DNA from: the human T2T-CHM13v2.0 reference genome, Homo sapiens
Assembly: GCF_009914755.1 (NCBI RefSeq)
Contig: NC_060930.1
Reading direction: 5' to 3' (one strand)
DNA length: 64,000 bases
In this document: positions 39,200 to 49,307 of the stretch, in pieces
Layout: every line of letters begins with the position of its first letter
Position numbering within the stretch: the stretch's first letter is position 1
Notes under the pieces: generated by a model
The model's database searches: none
Seen by the model: the letters and a program-made list of their open reading frames with translations, nothing else
Told to the model about the DNA's origin: nothing
Translations under genes and position numbers: made by a program

Positions 39200-39789
39200 C
39201 GGGGGACCTCCCTTGGGAGATCAATCCCCTGTCCTCCTGCTCTTTGCTCCGTGAGAAAGGTCCACCTACAACCTCAGGTCCTCAGACCGACCAGCCCAAG
39301 AAACATCTCACCAATTTCAAATCCGGTAAGTGGCCTCATTTTACTCTCTTCTCCAACCTTCGTCACTATCCCTCAACCTCTTTCTCCTTTCAATCTTGGT
39401 GCCACACTTCAATCTCCCAATTCTCTTAATTTCAATTCCTTTCATTTTCTGGTAGAGACAAAGGAGACACGTTTTACCTGTGGACCCAAAACTCCAGCGC
39501 CGGTCATGGACTAGGGAAGGCAGCCTTCCCTTGGTGTTTAATCATTGCAGGGATGCCTGATTATTTACCCAGGTTTCAGAGGTGTCAGACCACACGGGGA
39601 TGCCTGCCTTTGTCCTTCACCCTTAGCAGCAAGTTCCACTTTTCTAGGGGAGGTGCAAGTACCCCAATCCCTTCTCTCCATGTCTCCACCCCTTCTCTGC
39701 TTTTCTGGGTGAGGGGCAAGAACCCCTCAAACCCCTTCTCCTTCACCCTTAGTGGCAAGTCCTGCTTTTCCAGGAGAAAAGAACACCCA

Positions 39790-39938
39790 ATCCCTTATTT
39801 CCGCACCCTGACCTCTTATCTCTGTGCCTCATCCCTTATTTCCATGCCCCGACCTCTTATCTCTGTGCCCCAATCCCTTATTTCTGTGCCCTGACCTCTT
39901 ATCTCTGTGCCCCAATCCCTTATTTCCATGCCCCGACC
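39790..39938. repeat. HERV-H leader tandem repeat, about 3.5 copies of a 41-42-bp unit
   Basis: atcccttattt...gacctcttatctctgtgcc units start at 39790, 39831, 39873 and 39915. Confidence 0.9.
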
Positions 39939-40024
39939 CCTTTCTCAATTTTCTGGAAGGTAAGAACCCCTGAACCCCTTCCATGTCTCTACTCTCTCTT
40001 TTCTCTAGGCTTGCCTCTTTCACT

Positions 40025-41243
40025 ATGGACAACCTTCCACCCTCCATTCCTCCGTCTCCCTTAGCCTGTGCTCTCAAGAACTTAAAACCTCTTCAACTCA
40101 CACCGAACCTAAAACGTAAATGCCTTATTTTCTCCTACAATGCCGCTTGACCCCAGTACAAGCTCGACAGTGGTTCCAAATAGCCAGAAAAAGGCACTTT
40201 CAATTTTTCCATCCCGCAAGATCTAAATAATTCTTGTCTTGGACTAAAATAGGCAAATGGTCTGAGGTGCCTGATGTCCAGGCACTCTTCTACACATCAG
40301 TCTCTCCCTAGTCTCTGTGCCCAATGCAACTCATCCCGAATCTTCCTTCTTTCCCTCCTGCCTGTCCCCTCCGTCTCAACCCCAAGCATCACTGAGTCTT
40401 TCTAATCTTCCTTTTCTACAGACCCATCTGACCTCTCCCCTCCTCCCCAGGCCGAGCTAGGTCCCAATTCTTCCTCAGCCTCCACTCCTCCACCCTATAA
40501 TCCTTTATCACCTCCCCTCCTCACACCTGGTCCAGTTTACAGTTAAGTTCCATGAGTAGCCCTCCACCACCTGCCCAGCAATTTACTCTTAAAAAGGTGG
40601 CTGGAGCTAAAGGCATAGTCAAGGCTAATGCTCCTTTTTCTTTATCCCAAATCAGATAGCGTTTAGGCTCTTTTTCATCAAATATAAAAATCCAGCCCGG
40701 TTCATGGCTCGTTTCGCAGCAACCCTGAGACGCTTTACAGCCCTAGACCCTAAAATATCAAAAGGCCATCTTATTCTCAATATACATTTTATTACCCAAT
40801 CTGCTCCCGACATTAAATAAAAATCCAAAAATTAAATTCCGGCCCTCAAACCCCACAACAGGACTTAATTAACCTCGCCTTCAAGGTGTACAATAATAGA
40901 GGCAGCCAAGTAGCAATATATTTCTGAGTTTCAATTCCTTTCCTCCACTGTGAGACAAACCCCAGCCACATCTCCAGCACACAAGAACTTCCAAACGCCT
41001 AAACCACAGTGGCCAGGCGTTCCTCCAGAACCACCTTCCCCAGGAGCTTGCTACAAGTGCCAGAAATCTGGCCACCAGGCCAAGGAATGCCTGCAGCCCG
41101 GGATTCCTCCTAAGCCGTGTCCCATCTGTGCAGGACCCCACTGGAAATCAGACTGTTCAACTCACCTGGCAGCCACTGGAACTCTGGCCCAAGGCTCTCT
41201 GACTCCTTCCCAGATCTTCTCGGCTTAGCGGCTGAAGACTGAC
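40025..41243 (+). pseudogene. HERV-H gag remnant
   Basis: MDNLPPSIPPSPLAC start (Gly2 lost) with several stops. Two NC zinc knuckles, CYKCQKSGHQAKEC and CPICAGPHWKSDC. Confidence 0.9.
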
Positions 41244-44037
41244 GCTGCCCGATTGCCTCGGAAGCCCATAGACTATCACGGACGCCAAGCTTTAGGTAAC
41301 TCTCACAGTGGAGGGTAAGTCCATCCCCTTCTTAATCAATACTGAGGCTTCCCACTCCATATTACCTTCTTTTCAAGGGCCTGTTTCCCTTGCCTCCATA
41401 ACTGTTGTGGGTATTGACAGCCAGGCTTCTAAACCTCTTAAAACTCCCCAACTCTGGTGCCAACTTAGGCAATACTCTTTTAAGCCCTCCTTTTAGTTAT
41501 CCCCACCTGCCCAGTATGATTATTAGGCTGAGACACTTTAACTAAATTATCTGCTTCCCTGGCTATTCCTGGATTACAGCTGCATCTCATTACAGCCCTT
41601 CTTCCCAATCCAAAGCCTCCTTTGCATCCTCCTCTTGTATTCCCCCACCTTAACCCACAAGAATAAGATACCTCTACTCCCTCCTTGGTGACCGATCATG
41701 CACCCCTTACCATCTCATTAAAACCTAATCATCCTTACCCCACTCAATGCCAATATCCCATCCCACTACATGCTTTGAAAGGATTAAAACCTGTTATCAC
41801 TCACCTGCTAGAGCATGGCCTTTTAAAGCCTATAAACTCTCCTTACAATTCCCCCATTTTACCTGTCCTAAAACCAGACAAGCCTTACAAGTTAGTTCAG
41901 GATCTATGCCTTATCAACTAAATTGTTTTGTCTATCCACCCCATGGTGCCAAACCCATATACTCTCCTATCCTCAATACCTCCCTCCACAATCCATTATT
42001 CTGTTCTGGATCTCAAACATGCTTTCTTTACTATTCCTTTGCACCCGTCATCCCAGCCTCTCTTCGCTTTCACTTGGACTGACCCTGACACCCATCAAGC
42101 TCAGCAAATTACCTAGGCTGTACTGCCACAAATCTTCATAGAAAACCCCCATTACTTCAGTCAAGCCCAAATTTCTTCCTCATCTGTTACCTATCTCAGC
42201 ATAATTCTCATAAAAACACACGTGCTCACCCTGCCGATCGTGTTCAACTAATCTCTCAAACCCCAACCCCTTCTACAAAACAACAGCTCCTTTCCTTCCT
42301 CGGCATGGTTAGATACTTTCGCCTTTGGATACCTAGTTTTGCCATCCTAAAAAAACCATTATATAAGCTCACAAAAGGAAACCTATTTGACCCCATAGAT
42401 CCTAAATCCTTTCCCCACTCCTCTTTCCGTTCCTTGAAGACAACTTTAGAGACTGCCCCCACTCTAGCTCTCCCTGACTCATCCCAACCCTTTTCATTAC
42501 ACACAGCCGAAGTGCAGGACTGTGCAGTCGGAATTCTTACACAAGGACCAGGATCGCGTCCTGTAGCCTTTTTGTCCAAACAACTTGACCTTACTGTTTT
42601 AAGCTGGCCATTATGTCTCCGTGCAGTGGCTGCTGCTGCCCTAATACTTTTAGAGGCCCTTAAAATCACATACTATGCTCAACTCACTCTCTACAGCTCT
42701 CATAACTTCCAAAATCTATTTTCTTCCTCACACCTGACACATATACTTTCTGCTCCCTGGCTCCTTCAGCTGCACTCATGCTTTGTTGAGTCTCCTGCAA
42801 TTACCATTTTTCCTGGCCCAGACTTCAATCCGGCCTCCCACATTATTCCTGATACCACACCTGACCCTCATGACTGCATCTCTCTGATCCACCTGATGTT
42901 CACCCCATTTCCCCACATTTCCTTCTTCCCTGTTTCTCACCCTGATCACACTTTGTTTATTGATGACGGTTCCACCAGGCCTAATTACCACACACCAGCA
43001 AAGGCAGGCTATGCTGTAGTACAAGCCACTAGCCCGCCTCTTAAAACCTCTCATTTCCTTTCCATCATAGAAATCTATCCTCAAGGAAATAACTTCTCAG
43101 TGTTCCATCTGCTATTCTACTACTCCTCAAGGATTATTCAGGCCGCCTCCCTTCCCTACACATCAAGCTCAAGGATTTGCCCCCGCCCAGGACTGGCAAA
43201 TTAGCTTTACTCAACATGCCCCGAGTCACAAAAACTCAAATACCTCTTAGTCTAAGTAGACACTTTCACTAGATGGGTAGAGGCCTTTCCCACAGGGTCT
43301 GAGAAGGCCACCACAGTCATTTCTTCCATTCTGTCAGACATAATTCCTCAGTTTGGCCTTCCCACCTCTATACGGTCTGATAATGGACCAGCCTTTACTA
43401 GTCAAATCACCGAAGCAGTTTCTCAGGCTGTAGGTATTCAATGGAACCTTCATATCCCTTACCATCCTCAATCTTCAGGAAAGGTAGAAGGGACTAATGG
43501 TCTTTTAAAGACACATCTCACCAAGCTCAGCCTCCAACTTAAAAAGGATTGGATAGTACTTTTACCTCTTGCGCTTCTCAGAATTAGAGCCTGTCCTCGA
43601 GATGCTACAGGGTACAGTCCATTTGAACTTTTATATGGACACACTTTCTTGCTTGGCCCCAACCTCATCCCAGACTCCAGCCCTCTAGGCGACTATCTTA
43701 CAGTCTTCCAACAGGCTAGACAGGAAATTCACCAGGCTGCTAATCTTCTATTGCCTACTCCAGATCCCCAGCCATATGAAGACACCCTAGCTGGACGATC
43801 AGTTCTTGTTAAGAATTGACCCCTCAAACTCTACAACCTCAATGGACCGGACCCTACTTAGTCATCTATAGTACCCCAACTGCTGTCTGCCTGCAGGATC
43901 CTCCCCACTGGATTCACCATTCCAGAATAAAGCTCTGTCCATCAGACAGCCAGCCTAATCCCTCCTCTTCCTCCTGGAAGTCGCAAGTACTCTCCCCTAC
44001 TTCCCTTAAACTCACTCATATTTCTGAAGAACAGTAA
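41244..44037 (+). pseudogene. HERV-H pro-pol remnant (protease, deleted RT, connection/RNase H start, integrase)
   Basis: FLINTEASHS (protease site degenerate), SPYNSPILPV and [15 protein letters not shown] (RT) with no YxDD. A 299-aa ORF lies at 42305-43204. Integrase motifs SDNGPAF, GKVE and WTGPY are present. Confidence 0.92.
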
Positions 44038-44332
44038 TAACCCTTATGAGCCTAATACATCCCTTCATTCTGTTAGGTCTATTCGTCCTTACCCTACTTT
44101 TTGCAACGGGGCTTTATGACGTCACCCCCACCACTTAGGCTGAGCCCCAAAAAACTTGTCATCCCTACTATTTTCTGTCTAGTCATACTCCTATTCTCCA
44201 TTCTTAACTACTTATAAATGCCCTACTCTTGTTTACACTGCCGGTTTACACTGTTTCTTCAAGCCATCACAGCTGATATCTCTTGGTGCTATCCCCAAAC
44301 CACTACTCTTAATTCCCTCTTAGAGTGGGTAG

Positions 44333-46083
44333 ATGATCTTTGCAGGCAGGGCACCCTCCAATACTTCCACCCTGATGAAGTTCTATTCTTCACTTTTATA
44401 CTCACTCTTATTCTCATTCCCATTCTTATGCCACCCTTTACCTCTCCCCAGCTATCTCCACCACACTATCAACCTTACCCATTCTCTCCTAGACGCTTCT
44501 AATCCCTCCTTAGCGAACAACTGCTGGCTTTGCATTTCCCTTTCTTCCAGTGCCTACACAGCTGTCCCTACTTTACAGACAGACTCGGCAACATCTCCTG
44601 TCTCCTTACACCTCTGAACTTCCTTTAACAGCCCTCACCTTTACCCTCCTGAAGAACTCATTTACTTTCTAGACAGGTCCAGCAAGACCTCCCCAGACAT
44701 CTCACATCAGCAAGCTGCCACCCTCCTCCACACTTATTTAAAAAACCTTTATATTAACTCTACTCCCCCCATATTTGGACCTCTCACAACACAAACTACT
44801 ATTCCTGTGACCGGTCCTTTATCTATCTCTCGGCAAAGACCCACTGGAATTCCCCTAGGTAATATTTCACCTTCTCGATGTTCCTTTACTCTTCATCTCC
44901 AAAGCCCAACTACACACATCACTGAAACAATGGGAGCCTTCCAGCTCCATATTACGGACAAGCCCTCTATCGATACTGACAAACGCAAAAACATTAGCAG
45001 TAATTATTGTTCAGGAAGACACTTACCCTGTATTTCACTCCATCCTTGGCTACCTTCCCCTTGCGAGTCAGACTCTCCTCCCAGGCCCTCTTCTTGTTTA
45101 CTTATACCCAGCCCCGAAATAACAGTGAAAGGTTGCTCATAGATACTCAATGTTTTCTCATACACCATGAAAATCGAACCTCCTCCTCTACGCAGTTACC
45201 CCATCAGTCCCCATTACAACCTCTGACAGCTGCCGCCCTAGCTGGATCCCTAGGAGTCTGGATACAAGACACCCCTTTCAGCACTCCTTCTCACCTTTTT
45301 ACTTTACATCTCCAGTTTTGCCTCACACAAGGTCTCTTCTTCCTCTGTGGATCCTCTACCTACATGTGTCTACCTGCTAATTGGACAGGCACATGCACAC
45401 TAGTTTTCCTTACCCCCAAAATTCAATTTGCAAATGGGACCGAAGAGCTCCCTGTTCCCCTCATGACACCGACATGACAAAAAACAGTTATTCCACTAAT
45501 TCCCTTGCTGGTGGGTTTAGGACTTTCTGCCTCCACTATTGCTCTCGGTACTGGAATAGCAGGCATTTCAACCTCTGTCACGACCTTCCGTAGCCTGACT
45601 AATGACTTCTCTGCTAGCATCACAGACATATCACAAACTTTATCAGTCCTCCAGGCCCAAGTTGACTCTTTAGCTGCAGTTGTCCTCCAAAACCACCGAG
45701 GCCTTGACTTACTCACTGCTGAAAAAGGAGGACTCTGTATATTCTTAAATGAAGAGTGTTGTTGTTTTTACCTAAATCAATCTGGCCTGGTGTATGACAA
45801 CATAAAAAAACTCAAGGATAGAGCCCAAAAACTTGCCAACCAAGCAAGTAATTACGCTGAATCCCCTTGGGCACTCTCTAATTGGATGTCCTGGGTCCTC
45901 CCAATTCTTAGTCCTTTAATACCCATTTTTCTCCTTCTATTATCCGGACCTTGTATCTTCCGTTTAGTTTCTCAATTCATTCAAAACCGTATCCAGGCCA
46001 TCACCAATCATTCTATATGTCAAACGTTTCTTCTAACATCCCCACAATATCACCCCTTACCACAAGATCTCCCTTCAGCTTAA
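44333..46083 (+). pseudogene. HERV-H env, full length but interrupted by 2 stops and 2 frameshifts
   Basis: MIFAGRAPSNTSTLMKFY signal region, CWLC, SU pieces in three frames, fusion peptide, ISD LQNHRGLDLLTAEKGGL, TM anchor, and ...PQDLPSA stop. Confidence 0.95.
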
Positions 46084-46243
46084 TCTCTCCCACTCTAGGT
46101 TCCCACGCCGCCCCTAATCCGCTTGAAGCAGCCCTGAGAAACATCGCCCATTATCTCTCCATACCATCCCCCAAAATTTTCGCTGTCCCAGCGCTTTACA
46201 ACTATTTCGTTTTATTTTTCTTATTAATATAAGAAGACAGGAA

Positions 46244-46635
46244 TGTCAGGCCTCTGAGCCCAAGCTAAGCCATTATATCCCCTGTGACCTGCACATACAC
46301 ATTCAGATGGCCGGTTCCTGCCTTAACTGATGACATTCCACCACAAAAGAAGTGAAAATGGCCTGTTCCTGCCTTAATTGATGACATTGTCTTGTGAAAT
46401 TCCTTCTCCTGGCTCAAAGGCTCCCCCACTGAGTACCTTGTGATCCCCACTCCTGCCCACCGGAGAACAACCACCCTTTTTCCTTTGCCTACCCAAAGCC
46501 TATAAAACGGCCCCACCCCTATCTCCCTTGGCTGACTATCTTTTCGGACTCAGCCTGCCTGCACCCAGGTGATTAAAAGCTTTATTGCTCACACAAAGCC
46601 TGTTTGGTGGTCTCTTCACATGGAAGCGCATGAAA
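46244..46635 (+). promoter_or_regulatory. HERV-H 3' LTR (LTR7 family), TATA intact
   Basis: 392 bp. TATAAAA at 46501, ACAAAAG at 46343, ATTAAA at 46572. Lacks one tcctggctca copy. Confidence 0.95.
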
Positions 46636-47299
46636 CTGGCTCTAGCATCAAGTCCCGCTTCCTACCTCAGAATGTTACTTTTAAATTCAACAAATATATC
46701 ATTGTTATTTTTTTAAAGTTAACATTAGGGAAACTGGGTGAATGGAATATGAAAACTATCTTTGCAAGTTTTCACTAAATCTATAATTATTCCAGATAAA
46801 ATTTGTTTTGAAAATGACACACAAATATGGATTTTTCTTGCTGTATCATCTTTACACATATATACATAAAATATTTTTTGTATTTACCAATTGTCATGGT
46901 GTAAATATCAGAGGAGTGGTGCATACATATTTGTAGACTTACACATGGGTATATATTTCCTGCTGACCTGAGTTTACAAATTTTTTAGCAAAAAATAATC
47001 TATATAAATTAACAATTGATTTTTAGGCAAATTTAAAAAGTAAAAAGCTAAATTTAAAATTGTTTCTTTGGCATGATTAGAAACAATTCATATATTTTCA
47101 TATATTTTCTATCTTGATTAGCCCCCTTTCAATAAAGTAAATGTTTAGAGTCTGAATCACAGGGAGGTATGATTGTTTTTTATCAGGCCTCATATGTTTA
47201 TCCTAAAAAATCTCAAGTGCTTTTGAAGGGAACACCTGGAGCTAGAGGAAGAACATTAGCACAACATCAGCTAGCAAGATCATAGCTGACCCATATGGT

Positions 47300-47495
47300 G
47301 TTGACTTGTGTCACATACTCTTCCATAAGGCTCACATATACTAACTCATTTCACCTACATAAGAACCATATGAAGTAGTTGCTATTATTATAATCTCTGT
47401 TACTGATGAGAAAATCGAATAATAAAAATTTGCCCAACTTCGCATAGCTAACAAGAGGTGGATCTAGGATTTAAAGCAAGCCAGTCTGGCTCTCA
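47300..47495 (-). mobile_element. MIR
   Basis: taactcatttcacctacataagaaccatatgaagtag...gatgagaaaat...tttgcccaacttcgcatagcta...ggatttaaagcaagccagtctggctc. Confidence 0.75.
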
Positions 47496-48387
47496 AATTA
47501 CTCCCCAGTTTGGGAGTTTGGCAATATTTATAACCTAAGAAACAGCTCAAATTTGACATGTGGACAATTATAGGAGCTACTGATATTTTTTAATGGATTG
47601 CAATATGGAAGGACACAATTGCTTTCCTTTACTTGCTACTTCAGTATTATGTTTGCATATTGAAACATGGTCCTATTGAGGTTGCTCTTTTAAAAGAGGA
47701 AGAACTTTAGCTTGCATGAATTAAATAATTAGTTCAGCAATAAAACCCTATTAATATACTTTAAAATATTAAATAGATGATGGATTTATGGAGGATTAAT
47801 CAGCAAGAATTTGAGTCTGATGTCCTTAGGTGACTTAAGCAATAGGGATTTTGCCTAAGTCAGAAGTACAGGAGCAGCGTTTGACAATACCCTTTAACAT
47901 TAACTAAACATGTAGGATTGTTAAATTTGAAAATAGTGACACAGGACAAAAGTGTCTCCTCTGAAGTACCTCATCAATTATGGCAAGGTAATACTCAAAC
48001 ATTCTCCAAAACAATTCAGAAGGGAGGTACTGTTATTATATTCCTATTTTTCTTCAAAATAATGAAAAACATAAAATTAATCCTGGGATACAAAAGGCTA
48101 TGAAAAATTACACTTACAATATTATAGGAATAAACAACAGTAAAATAGGTAACTATCTTAATTTCTGCCAAGCAAGTCTGGCATCTTAATAGTTAAATTT
48201 GCCTCCCCTGACAACTTCAATGGAGAGTTTTAAAATATAATTACAGGGTAAGTGAATATTTTTCAAATTCATTAATTTGAGAAATGTATTCAAGCAAATA
48301 TCTTTTCTGATAATGCACTTCTTATAAAGAGCCCAAACAGAATTCCCTTGAACCTGGGTAGGGTAAGGCTATTACAAACACCACACC

Positions 48388-48741
48388 TGTATTAGTCTGT
48401 TTTCACACTGGTGATAAAGACATACCCAAGACTGGGGAATTTACATAAGAGGTTTAATGGACTTATGGTTCCACATGGCTAGGGAGGCCTCACAATCATG
48501 GTGGAAGGTGAAAAGCACTTCTTACATGGCAGTGGCAAGAGAGAGCTTATGCAGGGAAATTCCCGTTTTTAAAACCATCAGATCTTGTGAGACTCATTCA
48601 TGATCATCATGAGAACAGCACAGGAAAGAGCCACCCCCATAATTCAATCACTTCCCACCAGGTTCCTTCCATGACACATGGGAATTGTGGGAGTTACAAT
48701 TCAAAATGAGATTTGGGTGGGGACACAGCCAAACCATATCA
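48388..48741 (-). mobile_element. THE1 (THE1B-like) solo LTR
   Basis: tgtattagtctg...ggggacacagccaaaccatatca with 5-bp TSD acacc / acaac. Confidence 0.93.
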
Positions 48742-49193
48742 ACAACCTTTCCCAAAATTATCTTGGCAGTTAGTGATCATTTACTCTTACACATGATGTA
48801 GTAACATCAGCTTGTCAAGTTTCATAAGAAAACCTATTGAGAGGTTGACTTAAATTCCATTTAACTTATAGCTAATTTGGTGGGAAAATTGCTGTCTTTA
48901 TAATATTGTCTACTTTATATAAAAATCATAATTTTTATCCATGTATTTATGACTTCTTTAATAATCTTCAGTAATGTTTAATCATTTTCTTAATATAGGG
49001 TTGAAAACATTTTGGTATATTCATTTCCATAAACGTTGTGCATTATATTGAGAAGTATACGACTTCTGTTTCAATTTTTTAAATTTAAAATTGTGTTATA
49101 TGGAAACAATATTGAATATTTCATCTTTTAACTTTGTTTAACTTATTATTTCTAGAAGTTTTTTTTTTTTTTTTTTTTTTTAAGTAGACTTAC

Positions 49194-49307
49194 TATGTGG
49201 ATAATGAAAGCCATAGTCACCGGCAACGGTTTCTGCCTTCTTTCTTGTGAGAAGAGCCTCAACATATTCCTTAATTCCAAACTCACAGCCTGGCTCCAAA
49301 TGACTAT
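49194..49307 (-). other. Candidate 114-nt exon in unique DNA (host transcript unknown)
   Basis: Minus-strand acceptor ttgttctgtattAG| and donor ATA|GTAAGT. Length is divisible by 3, two frames are open, and CpGs are retained locally. Motif evidence only. Confidence 0.35.

Larger units (their letters stand above)
38778..46635 (+). mobile_element. HERV-H provirus, 7858 bp: LTR7-type LTRs with gag-pro-pol-env remnants
   Basis: Paired LTRs tgtcaggcctctgagccc...catgaaa, PBS-His, PPT aagaagacaggaa (46231-46243), and 5-bp TSD ctggc at 38773-38777 and 46636-46640. Confidence 0.98.
38342..46669 (-). mobile_element. ERV1 solo LTR (MER66-like), split by HERV-H into 38342-38777 and 46636-46669
   Basis: Rejoined minus strand reads TGAGGTAGGAAGCGGGACTTG...GGACACCAGACCAAATTGAGAACTAGCTAAAACAGGG...TGTATCA with TG..CA termini. 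Confidence 0.8.
38090..46810 (+). mobile_element. Old L1M 3' UTR fragment split in two (about 38090-38341 and 46670-46810) by the nested LTR/HERV-H insertion
   Basis: ...gactaaatataatgtaatatcctgtattagatc...agttaatagaaatgtactaat | gaatgttacttttaaattcaacaaat...gggaaactgggtgaatgg reads as one continuous L1 3' UTR. Confidence 0.65.

Noticed and set aside
39790-39938. Regularly spaced repeats superficially like a CRISPR array
   Set aside because: Head-to-tail tandem units with no unique spacers; a standard HERV-H leader repeat in eukaryotic DNA.
44333-46083. Possible intact HERV-H env gene (env62-like)
   Set aside because: Stops at 44615 and 45475, frameshifts near 44750 and 45118, and a destroyed furin site.
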